Assembly: GCA_013239625.1 (NCBI GenBank)
Contig: MU057036.1
Coordinates: 12,306,715-12,370,714, forward strand
DNA: 64,000 nt
Source of the DNA: Lama guanicoe
Lineage: Eukaryota
Direction of reading: 5' to 3'
The notes beneath the pieces were generated by a model. It searched no databases and was not told the origin of the DNA. It saw only the letters and a program-made list of their open reading frames with translations. This document shows positions 1 to 10,670 of the stretch, piece by piece. Numbering within the stretch: the first letter of the stretch is position 1; each line of letters starts with the position of its first letter. Made by a program: the position numbers and the translations under genes.

Positions 1-2754
1 GGCCTCTCGATTGTGGATTTTACATGGACAGTGTTTTTAGCATATTGCCTCATTGGGACATATTTCCCTCAGTCTGCAAAAGGAACTTGAGTTTTGAAGA
101 ACTGACACATTAAGCATCTTTCCACTTTTAAAAGGGAGTGGGCTCATATAGTAATGATGTGATGTACAAAAATGACTGGATTTTCTTTCGAGAATGATTT
201 ATCATTCTGGAGTCTGTATTTTCCAGGAAAAGCTAATGTGCTAGCTTTTGAACCTTTGGAAGTATGAGTTCAAATTTGGCCCATCGTAAGCAACAAGCAA
301 CAATGTTTGGCCTCGGCTCAAACTATTCTCTGGGTTTCTACATCATCATACCCCACACACAACTCAACACCAGTAACACAACTGGAAACATCTGCTGGAC
401 AAAAATCCCAGATTTGGGAAGAGAGGACAGCCAAATACTCTCAATACCTCATTATTAGAAAACCAAAACTTACTGCTGATGTTCAAAAGCAAAGTCAGGA
501 AATGATTTGAGAGTCACATAGAAGCTGATCAAGAGGTTCTAGAATTCTTTATAGGAATCTGGACTTACTTTTTTTTTTCACTGCACTGTTTACTTACATT
601 TACAACTATTTGCTCACTTGGGTGGGCCCCTCTCTGAAGCTAAATTTGTGGAGCCGTATCTCCTCCAAAAGCACATAGGTTGTAGGTTTCAAACTGGTGC
701 AAAATGTCCTAGGGCCTTATGAACTTGAACACAACCACAGATGTTCTGGAATGTGGGAAAGGGTTGTGCTTTAAAACACCACAGGATAGAATGGTCACAG
801 TTTAAAGCTACACACAACCACTCTCAACAACTTTGTTGTCTTGTTTTCAGCAACCCATTTCCCCCTGCATCCTCTACCCTTAAAAAAAAAAATTAAGACC
901 TTTGGGTAACAGATAGAGGATATATAAATTAAATATTAAATCTAAAATCATTTCCTGAGAGTAATTTTTAGTCTGATATTTGCTTTAGGTATGGAATTCA
1001 TCCTCTTATAGCACCTTGTGAAGGTACCTTAACCTCAGCTAAGCTGCTCACAAGTATACCCAATTTACTGACTGGTATTTTATTTTGTGTTGTTTTAAAA
1101 TCCAGTAACAGAGACATATTCTAGTTTATGTAATTGAGAACATTTAAAAAAAAAGCAATGGTCATCTTTCTCAAGAAATTGTTCTAAATTGTTCTTAAGA
1201 AACAAGATTTGACATAAGAGCAGGTGTACGTGGAGGTGTGTTTAGGACCAAGGGCAAGGTGGAAGAGAGGAGAGTCCAAATGTGCCAAAGAGTTTCAACC
1301 AAAGGAATATACCCGAAACCACCTTTAATAAGTATAAAAGCAATCAGCTATGGGACTTGAGACAGAAACTATGAGCAGAGGTACAGGGGGCTCACTGGGG
1401 AGAATGGTGGTAAGGGGACCTCATAAGCACTAGTATTTGCATGCCAAGTTCCTGCTGGTTAGATTGACTGCAGAGTCAGACAACAGCATCTTCTTTTCCA
1501 TGTACACAGTTTGGTTTGGAATGTGATTGTAAGCACAAAGCAAAGTCACACTGTATTAACATCTTTTCCCCAGTGTGGACAAAGCAGAGAGAAACAGATA
1601 CAGAAAAACTGCAGCAAATCCATCAAAGAGCCTCCCACCCAATTCCCAGCTCCCATGGCAAGCCCGAGGGTGAGACTGAGCCGGGTTCAACACTGAGGTG
1701 CAACAGGCAGAGACGGAGCAGGTTGCTGATCCTGGACTAAAACTGAATAGCAGACACATGGATCCCAGCATCCCAGCAAAATCTGATCATAATATCCAAG
1801 GAATTTTAGAGCTATAGGAACGGAAATTACCTAGTCTTGCCTTCAAAATTTTTACTCAAAGATACAAACTGGAGAAAAGGACAGAGCCAGCTTCAAAATC
1901 TAGTCTCCAACTCCCAGTTCAGTGCCGTTTCTCCCACCCTGTCATGCTTGTCTGAGTTAATGGAAACTGAATGGGTCAAGATCTCGTTTCTTAGTGGGTC
2001 AAGCCGACGGCAGTCCTGGTGAAACCTCCGGCTGGTGCAAGACTGACCCTATATGGCTCTGTGCCTGGCAGTTTCAAGTGAACGGGAGGCCCACAGCCCT
2101 AAATGTCTCATCTGCTTATTTTGGTTTCCTTTGTGTGATACTGGATCGTGCCTGTTTTCTATAGCCTTAGGAAGCTGATAAAAATTGTACTTTAAGAAAG
2201 AAAAATGTATAAAGACTGCTACATAAAGGAATAACCATTTCACAAAAAAGATTTTTCAAAAATTAGTTTGCAGATGATGAGTTTGCTAAATAATCTTGAA
2301 ATACTTTCAGCTGGGCCTGAATCAGCTTCAGACTATTAAAAAGGAATGGCTGAATGTAACATCATCTCCCCAAGTACTGTGTTGATAAAACCCATCTATT
2401 CCACACGATGGGCAGGGCAAACTACTCTTGGATAGCTGTGTACCCCGAAAATGCAAGGAAAGTAAAAAGAGGCTTAAATGATCTCCCTCTTTAATTAGAT
2501 AAGTCAAATAATGGTAAGTGTAGAAGAATCTTGAAACTCTTCCCTCCTTCTGTAATGCAGCTTTCACCAGAATGAGACAAAGGAAGGAAATACAGTGGGT
2601 TTTTGCAAACAGCTAAGTTTCTCCTGATTTTAAACATCTTATTCCCAGGCAGCAAATGTTATTTCATTTAGGAAACATGGAAGGTAAGCGATAGTAGATG
2701 TATTTTTTAATGTTATACTTGGCAAAATAAAACACTAACATTTCCATTTAATAG

Positions 2755-2930
2755 TAATGTAACTTCTCTGACTTTCAATTTCCTTATCCATAAGGGCAAT
2801 GATAATCATTGTCCCATCACCCTCCCAGAGGTATTGTGAGGATCAATTAAAATAATGAATATAAGAGTAATGTAAATCAATTTATGCATTTAAGTATTTA
2901 ATATATACTCATCGATTATCATTATTGTTA
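2755..2930 (+). mobile_element. MIR SINE fragment
   Basis: Degenerate MIR core: aacttctctgactttcaatttccttatc...cctcccagaggtattgtgaggatcaattaaaataatg. Confidence 0.6.
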
Positions 2931-3009
2931 TGGCAACCAATTAACTGTGTGCTGTAAGCAAAGGGAAGCAACGGAAACTTCCTAGTTGAGAAGATGAACA
3001 GAAATGTAT

Positions 3010-3620
3010 TCTACTCCACAGAACTCCGTAACTCCATTGGTGGGGTAAACGCTGTTGAGCAGTTTGAGTTAAAGGTCATCTGGAAAAGCTTCATGGAGTT
3101 CACGCAATCTGGAAATGTTTTGGATTTGTCTGTAGAGGTAGGAGAGAGTGTGCTTTTCCACTGATAGAAACTCAAGTGGAAAGACAAAGAGACAGAAATA
3201 AGCAAACGTATAGTGGGGGATGGTGAAGGACTGGTCCGGCTGAAGGAGGAAGTTCAGTATCAGGAGAGAGAAGCAGGAGGTAAATTTCGTTACATTCATT
3301 GAAGTCAACTGATGATGGGCACTGAAAGCCAAACTCGGGCATTGGTACCTGGCCTGGAAAACAATTCGGGGTCGTGGACAGTTCTGATGTTAGAGAGGAA
3401 AGAAGTGGCACATGGAAAGTGATGCCTGTGTACGTATTTACCATATCGGACTTGGAGTCTCCTAAAACATGAGTGTAAATGAAGAACCTGTGGAGATCTC
3501 AGGGAGCCTCACCTTTATGAGACAGGATGAGAAATGTATACAGCAAAAGTGTCTATTAAGGATCTAAGAATCAACTGATCCAGGAATACAAAGGGAGGAG
3601 AGAGTTCAAATAAAGCATAC
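3010..3620 (-). mobile_element. Ancient L2 LINE fragments, including a decayed ORF2 endonuclease-like segment
   Basis: The minus strand translates ...HVLGDSKSDMVN...LLSS..., a degenerate match to L2 ILGDFNIHVD...LLSS. The purine-rich 3490-3620 stretch resembles antisense L2. Confidence 0.45.
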
Positions 3621-3959
3621 ACCGTAGTTTAAATTCTATTAGAATTCTTCCCAAGGTCACTAGAACTTCCATCGCTTTTGCAAGATACAAAATTCTATGC
3701 CCATTCCTCATACACAAGCCAAACCAAAAAACTCTTGATCTTTAACTTCTTTGGTGTATTTTTCCAATAAATATATTCTCCAAAATACCATTTATTTATT
3801 CAGATAAACAAATACATAAATGTTGCTAGGATCTTTCTTCCTAGAAGAGTATTTAGAAAAGACACGATGAAAAACTAAATTGTCATTTTTCTGTCTTTTC
3901 ATCTCATTTAATCCTTTAACTTTCAAGTAATGGGAAGTAGCAGGTACAGCAGCAGCATC

Positions 3960-4440
3960 ACAAGGCAGGAAGTCAGAACACCTGAGTTCTCGTCCCAGTT
4001 CTGCCACTAATTAGCTGAGAGGGAAAAATCATTTAATCTTTCCATGTCAGTTTCCTCCTTTTTAAAATTATGAGGTTAAACAAGTTAATCTCCAAGGTTT
4101 ATTTTTATTTTTTTATTTTTTTTTACATTTTTATTGATTCATAATCATTTTACAGTGTTGTGTCAAATTCCAGTGTTCAGTACAATTTTTCAGTCATACA
4201 TGGACATATACACACTCATTGTCACATTTTTTTCTCTGTGATTTATCATAACATTTTGTGTATATTTCCCTGTGCTACAAGTCTGTATTCTCTATCCATG
4301 AACAGAAACAAACAAACAAACAAAAACAAAGCATAAATACAGGACAGAAATGGACTCATGGACAAGGTTTATTTTTAAATGATGGGGTTAAACAAGTTAA
4401 CCTCTAAGATGTTTTTTCCCAGCTTTAACATTCCCTGATT
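3960..4440 (+). mobile_element. MIR SINE with a duplicated tail, interrupted by a young L1
   Basis: ggaagtcagaacacctgagttctcgtcccagttctgccactaattagctg...tcagtttcctc is the MIR head/core; the tail resumes after 4377. Confidence 0.65.
4108..4362 (-). mobile_element. Young camelid-type L1 3' end, 5'-truncated with 5' inversion
   Basis: Poly(T) from 4108; antisense 3'UTR to 4301; inverted segment 4302-4363; TSD caaggtttattttta at 4093-4107 and 4363-4377. Confidence 0.88.
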
Positions 4441-4829
4441 GTAATTTCTTAGTCTTGGGACACTGGAGTGAGTTTTGGACTACCTGGTCTAGGCAGACCT
4501 AGATAAAATTACTTTGGGAAAAAAGAAATAAAGCTGTCTATAAAACTTTGGGAAACAGGATCTGTTTTTTCACTTTTGTATAAAACTATTTTTACAGATT
4601 GGTTTCAAGATGACTCTGGAGATGAAACCCATGGAATTGTCTGTTCTCAATAAAATAAAGTACTAAATCTCATTTGAATCTATGGAGTAAAACGCTAAAC
4701 AAAAGAAAGAATATTTAAAATAAGATAAAGTACAACATATAACCCCTCACCTCTGTGAGACATATAGAGTCCTTGTTTCTATAAATATTGTTTAGAGTGT
4801 ATTTTTTCATTAAGGATATATACATGTAA

Positions 4830-4917
4830 GCATGTGTGTGTGAATATACATGTATACATGTACATGTACAGAAACTGAACACACATGCAGTGTGTGTGTG
4901 TGTGAGAGAGAGAGAAA
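4830..4917. repeat. Imperfect (TG)n/(TA)n then (TG)n(GA)n microsatellite
   Basis: catgtgtgtgtgaatatacatgtatacatgtacatgtac...gtgtgtgtgtgtgtgagagagagaga. Confidence 0.8.
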
Positions 4918-6663
4918 GTGTGATGTGCACATATTATAGAAATTAAGTCCAAGAGTATCCTTTATTCTTTGGAGATATGGGACGCAACAAGCTACCAAAC
5001 TTTATTTGGTATTTTATTTATTATTTATTCTCTTTTAAGAGAATTATGGTCACTAATAGGTTTAATTCTACTCAGAAACATCAAGTCACTTCAAGGGTTT
5101 ATAGTTTGGGGGTCAAATATCTGATTGATGGTTTACCGTACTTTAAAGAGAACTTAATGTATTTCCCAAATTTAGACTCAAGAATATATCTAATGCTTGT
5201 TAGCCCCTGGGAAATTATTACAGGGCTATGACCTAACCTAACATTCAGGGGTTATAGTTGATAACAAATTGAATTAAGAGATGTACTTCCATTGTTACTT
5301 GGGTGGTTCTTGTGGTTGTTATTATTTAAAAAAATAAACATGATACCAAAATGTTTAACCTAGAGCCAAAGTTTGTAGGAACTAAAAGATAAACATCCAA
5401 ACATATTTATCACATTACTTTCCTGATGTTGGAGGCAGTGCTGGACTGTGCAATTTAAATCGGCCTAGGTGATTTCATCAGATTCAGAGGAAGTAGCTGC
5501 AGGCATCTGTGGAAAAGAGAGAGAAACAAACTTGTGAGCCAGAGCTTCCCGTGCCTCAGCCTTGACACGCTCAGGTCATGGTCAGAGTTCATGGGCGTTT
5601 GGGGATATTGATCGCCTCAGTCCTTCCGGAAGGCAGTTGTGCCTGAAGCCTTTAGTAAGTCACCTCTGGCCTCGAACAACTCCAACCACCTACCCCAAGG
5701 TGCTGTACAAATCTCACCATTTTCTAGGTGCCCCATCTGCAGAGGGTTGGGGTGTACTGGTTCCATCCATACTTGAGAAATATAAAGGACAATGCCAAAG
5801 CCCATACTCAGAAGATAAACGAGAAAGATCATTTAAATAAACATCTGTTCCATCTCCTTCCTAACATCTGAATGTTCTGAACATCTATTGACATCAGGTA
5901 AAGGTGCATTTGGGTTAGCTCCTAGGTGTCCAAAGTCACCAAATGCTACATCGTGAATGGCAGCACCAGCTGCTTTCATCACTGCACAGTGAGGACACCA
6001 CAGATGCATCTCCCAGATGATTTGTGCACATCCACAAGAAGACATCAAAGAAAGCAAGGCTCTACCATAAAGCATCCTATGAGAAAGAAGTTGCTGAAGA
6101 GATGTGCACTGAAATCTCGCCTTGGTGAGGGCTGCAAGCCTCATCAGCTAGTAACTGGAACTCTGATAGGGACTTACCAGAGAGTAGTGAGGAGGGTGAA
6201 GCTCTGACTTGTTTTCTAGTTACACACTAGTATCCTGAGAATGTAGGACACTTGTTACAACGATTACATTACAAGAGCACATTTTTCCATTTCTAAATCA
6301 TAAAGATTTATGAAGCTGTGTGGTCATGCCTTGTAGCTGATGTTTCCAATGAAGAATAATCTAATTTCCCAGTGAAAATCACACTGATGTGACCTAGAGA
6401 CATTTCTGTTTTGTCACAACAGCATTTAATTTGAACTGAAATTAGCCAGAATTACACCATGTTCCTGGCAAACAGTATGATCCAAAAATATCACCATAGT
6501 AACATGTGTATTCTATCAACAAGTTCCCTTTCATATTTTTTAAGGACTCTTTCTATCAATAATTCTGAAATGCATGAAAAAAAATTGTTTTGGAACACCA
6601 ATCTGTTGCTGTAAGGTATTCGTAACTCAATTTCAATGGCATATAGGGTTTAAAATATATATA

Positions 6664-6819
6664 NNNNNNNNNNNNNNNNNNNNNNNNNNNNNNNNNNNNN
6701 NNNNNNNNNNNNNNNNNNNNNNNNNNNNNNNNNNNNNNNNNNNNNNNNNNNNNNNNNNNNNNNNNNNNNNNNNNNNNNNNNNNNNNNNNNNNNNNNNNNN
6801 NNNNNNNNNNNNNNNNNNN
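6664..6819. other. Assembly gap; other gaps at 21522-21669, 23771-23951, 25235-25422, 39446-39605, 55256-55617 and 56329-56485
   Basis: Runs of N; four of the seven lie in or next to L1 sequence. Confidence 0.99.
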
Positions 6820-7277
6820 TTCCAAGGAGTTAGGTCTCAACTGACCATGGAAAGGTAATTTTTAAAGTTTGCTTCTTTAAGCTAAGAGAAGTCATAGAGG
6901 AAACTGAAAGTTCATATTCTCAAAGAGGTTTTAGTTGAACAGTTGAAAGTGAACAGTTGAAAGTGAAATCTCTTTTGATTTTATAGGTATATATACAGAT
7001 ATGAAATGGTTATAATTGGCCCTTCATAGGTTTAAAGCAGTTCATTTCCTCCCTTCATCAGCTAGGTTTGTTACCTGTTTATAGAAGTAACAATTTGTAC
7101 AGGGATGAATTTGAAAAATGACAATGCCCTAGGTTGATGGTGGGTGGCTAAAAGGGACTGAAGCCAAGGAAGAGGGGAAGATGGAAGAAGATGGGGGGGG
7201 GTGATATTTCAATGCCTTTGATTGTTACACAAAGGACATTGTATAAATAACAATTGAATTTTAAAGGAAAAAAAAAC

Positions 7278-7499
7278 CACTCATTGTCACATTTTTTTCT
7301 CTGTGATTTATCATAACATTTTGTGTATATTTCCCTGTGCTATACAGCGTAATCTTGTTTATCTATTCTACAATTTTGAAATGTGACAATGAGTGTGTAT
7401 ATGTCCATGAATGACTGAAAAATTGTGCTGAACACTGGAATTTGACAAAACATTGTAAAATGATTATAAATCAATAAAAAATGTTAAAAAATAAAAAAA
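7278..7499 (+). mobile_element. Young camelid-type L1 3' end with 5' inversion
   Basis: Inverted 7278-~7380; sense 7379-7499 ending ...tcaataaaaaatgttaaaaa plus A-tail; TSD taaaggaaaaaaaaac at 7262-7277 and 7500-7515. Confidence 0.9.
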
Positions 7500-8244
7500 T
7501 AAAGGAAAAAAAAACACTGATTTTCCTAAAAAAGGAGTGAGAGTTGTATACTGCTGAGAGCCAGTGCTTGTGGGTGAAAGACAAATAATGTCGACAGAGG
7601 ATGGGAAGTCAGTCCATCAGGCTATGACTTGGTAAAAGTTTGAAATGCTCTCATGTGAAGTAATGGCCTGTGGTGTTAAGATCACGTGTGAACACTTCAG
7701 TGCTTCCGTGCATAAGAAGCTTCAGCTTGATACCATTAGGAGTGAAAAAAGGACTATTTTGGATAAAAAGATCGCCTTTGATTCACCAAGCCCGGGATGC
7801 AGCATATGAAGCAATGAACTTTTCAAAGATGTTAGCTTTATCTTTATGTTTTGTCCCTGTCAGTAGATTAATGATCTAGAAAGCAAAACAGTATATGTAA
7901 AGTCATTTGTTTTTCAGTTAGACTTGAACTCAGCTATCTTGCAACTCTATGCTGGCATTTTCACTTAGAACAACATCCTTCGTGAGCTCAATGGCCTCAG
8001 TTGAAATAACTTTTTGTTTGTTTCTCTCTGTTTGTGTTTGTTATCTTTCTGGTTGCTTGTCTCTTGTTCCATTAAGTTTATAGCAATGAGGACAGTGACC
8101 CATATTTTATTTCCTTTAGCAGAATTCTTCTTTATTCTTTGATAAACAGTCATTCATATCTTGTGGGAAATTTTGACATAGCGAGACAGGACCACTTTTT
8201 GTTTAAACCATGACAACAGGAAGAGCTGCTCTGGTAAAGCGTTA

Positions 8245-9795
8245 ATTTACTCAACAGCTGTTTAGTTAATGACTATGCTGTGCTAAGTATTGTGCATGTC
8301 AGTGGATAGACATGTGAGAGCAAATAGACAAGGTTCTGCCCACTGAGACAGACAAACAAACGCATAGCAGGGTTTCTAATGATAAATATCAGTAAGGGTC
8401 ATAAATAGGGGATAGGCCTAGGATGGGATGTAACTGGGGTGCTAGGAAAGGTCTCCTTAAGAGTTAATCTGATAATTGATGATTAGTCAAAGCTCGTCAA
8501 GGAGAGTAGGTGTGATGGTGGTTGGTGAAGAGATTGTGAGGAGGAGGAGACAGAAATCAGTATTATAAGGAATTAGGGGAGAGTAGCAAGAGTTGAGGTC
8601 AAAGGGATGGGCAGGGTTCAGAACCAGAAAGGTCCAACAGGTCTTAATAAGAGTTTGAATTTTATTCTAAGAGTGATGTGACTGAAGAACTGTGAGAGTG
8701 ACACAATGTGATCTACTTTCCAAAAATCACTCTGGCTACTCTAAGGAATAGATTAGAAGGAAGCATGAGTAGAGAGAAGAAAACCCAGTTAGAAGACTAT
8801 AGTCCAAGCCAGATAGTATGGTAATCTTGCTTGGAGATGTGACAGAGAAGGCAGAAGTAAACAGCTTTGAGATATATTTTCAAGGTAAATCAACAGAACT
8901 TGAGACAATAGATCTGGGAAGAAGAAAGAGCAAAGATTACACTCTGGTTTCTTGCAGTGGTAGGCAGCCTCCTACATGGCCCCCAATTTTCCCTACCTCC
9001 CGGCACTCACACCCTTGTGTCACTGCCTTCCACACTGTAATAGGGTTGGTCTGTGGGTCCAACAGAATATACCAGAAGTGATGTCATGTGACTTCCAAGG
9101 CAAGGTCATAAAAGACACTGTAGCATCTACAATGTTCCTCCTTCTTGGATCACCTACTCTGGCATAAGGAACACTACAAACAGGCCCCTCTGGCAGAAAA
9201 CTGAGACTTCCTGCCAATAGCCATCGAGAAACTAGGGCTTCTTGCTAAAATCCACATGAGGGGCACAGCTTGGAAGAAAGTCTAGGCCTAGTCAAGCTGT
9301 CAAATGACAGTAGCCCCAGGCAACATCCTGAACTGCAACTTCATGACAGATTCCAAGCCAGAACCACCCAGCTCATCTGCTTCTGTACTCCTTACCCACA
9401 GAAACTGGGAGATAAATTGTTCTTTTAAACCACTAAACTTTGTGGTAATGCGTTACACAGCGGAAAATAAGTAATGCATTTGCTTAAGCAATTGGAGTGG
9501 TGTTTGCTAAGCTGCTAAAGATGAGGAAAGAAATAGATGTGCAGGGGAATATCAAGAGTTAGTTTAACCCATATAGACTGTGTATTCCTCAAAATATTCT
9601 AGAGTTGATGCAATGGATAGAACAGAATAAATGAAAATGGAATTCAGAAATCTGATCCAAGCTAATGATATACATTTGGGATTAATAAGCTTATAGATGA
9701 TCATTTCAACCACAAGAAAAGGTGTGATCACCTAGGGAGAGTATGACATATTAAGAGAGAAGAGGATTTAGGAACCCCAGAATCTAGATGTCTGT
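8245..9795 (-). mobile_element. L2 LINE 3' region, interrupted by an MLT1 LTR
   Basis: Typical antisense L2 motifs: tttactcaacagctgtttagttaatgactatgctgtgctaagtattgtgc; gagtttgaattttattctaag; aaaatcactctggctact; gatgatcatttcaaccacaag...gatcacctagggagag. Confidence 0.75.
8956..9478 (+). mobile_element. MaLR solo LTR, MLT1F-like
   Basis: Starts gtggtaggcagcctcctacatggccccc, ends ...ccactaaactttgtggtaatgcgttacacagcggaaaataagtaatgca; 5-bp TSD cttgc/tttgc. Confidence 0.8.
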
Positions 9796-9809
9796 ATATT
9801 TACACTCGT

Positions 9810-10305
9810 TTTGCACCATTCTGGCTCATTTGACTTCCCTCTTACTCCAGTCATTGTCACGATGACTGATTCCATGCACCCCACTACGGTCTTTGCACAG
9901 ATGCAAGCTGACACGACCTCTTAGTGGCCCACACTGGAACATCTCTGCTGCGCTGCCTGGAATACTCTTAGGAACCACTCAGCACTCGTGCAAATGTACT
10001 CTGGAAGTCAAGAGCATCTATTGCCCATGGGGCCCCCAACGGGAGATCAAGAGATGATGGGTAAATGTGTTCTCATTGCATTCCCAGCCAGACAGTTCTG
10101 AGATGTATTTCATAAGGTTTCTCAAAAGCTCCTGCAGGATTTAGAACTAACTTCCTGAAGTGGTGGCCAGCTCATTTTTGGCACTGGTTTTCCCTCTTTT
10201 CCTTTTGCCCTCTCCTGTCTCTTACCCTTGCTTCTTAGGATCATGGCCCAAATAAACTATCTGCCTGCAAGCTTTTATCCCCTTTCAGGAAACTCAGGCT
10301 AGGAT
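9810..10305 (+). mobile_element. ERVL LTR, LTR16-like
   Basis: gacagttctgagatgtatttcataaggtttctc and 3' end cccaaataaactatctgcctgcaag...ggaaactcaggctaggat. Confidence 0.7.
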
Positions 10306-10489
10306 GGTCTAGTAGGAAAGGACCAGCTGAGTCAGCTCAGTAGATGCTAAAGGAGAAGCCAAAGTGGTAGAAGGAAACCAGAAAATGAGCATCACAAATG
10401 CCAAGAGAAAATGAGAGGTCAGCGATGTGGCACAGTACAGAGAGGACCAGTCAAACGAATCAAGTGGCACAACACTTTTCTTTTCATCC

Positions 10490-10670
10490 AATGTTCACAT
10501 CATTGGACCTTCCAAGCAGCCCTATGAGGTAGGCAAGACCAGTGTTATTTTTCTCAAGGTCGGGGGAAGGTGAACACATCCAGAAAACTGAAGTGATGGG
10601 TCCAAGCTCGTGCAATAAGGGTCCACATGTTTTGACTCCAGTTCGTTTACTTCACAAACCATTGCTTATA
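10490..10670 (-). mobile_element. MIR fragment
   Basis: cagccctatgaggtaggcaag...tgttattttt...gaagtgatgggtccaagctc. Confidence 0.55.

Noticed and set aside
1574-1669. Plus-strand 96-nt exon-like segment (ttttccccag...agg|gtgaga) open in all three frames
   Set aside because: No frame resembles a protein I recognise, and I found no partner exons
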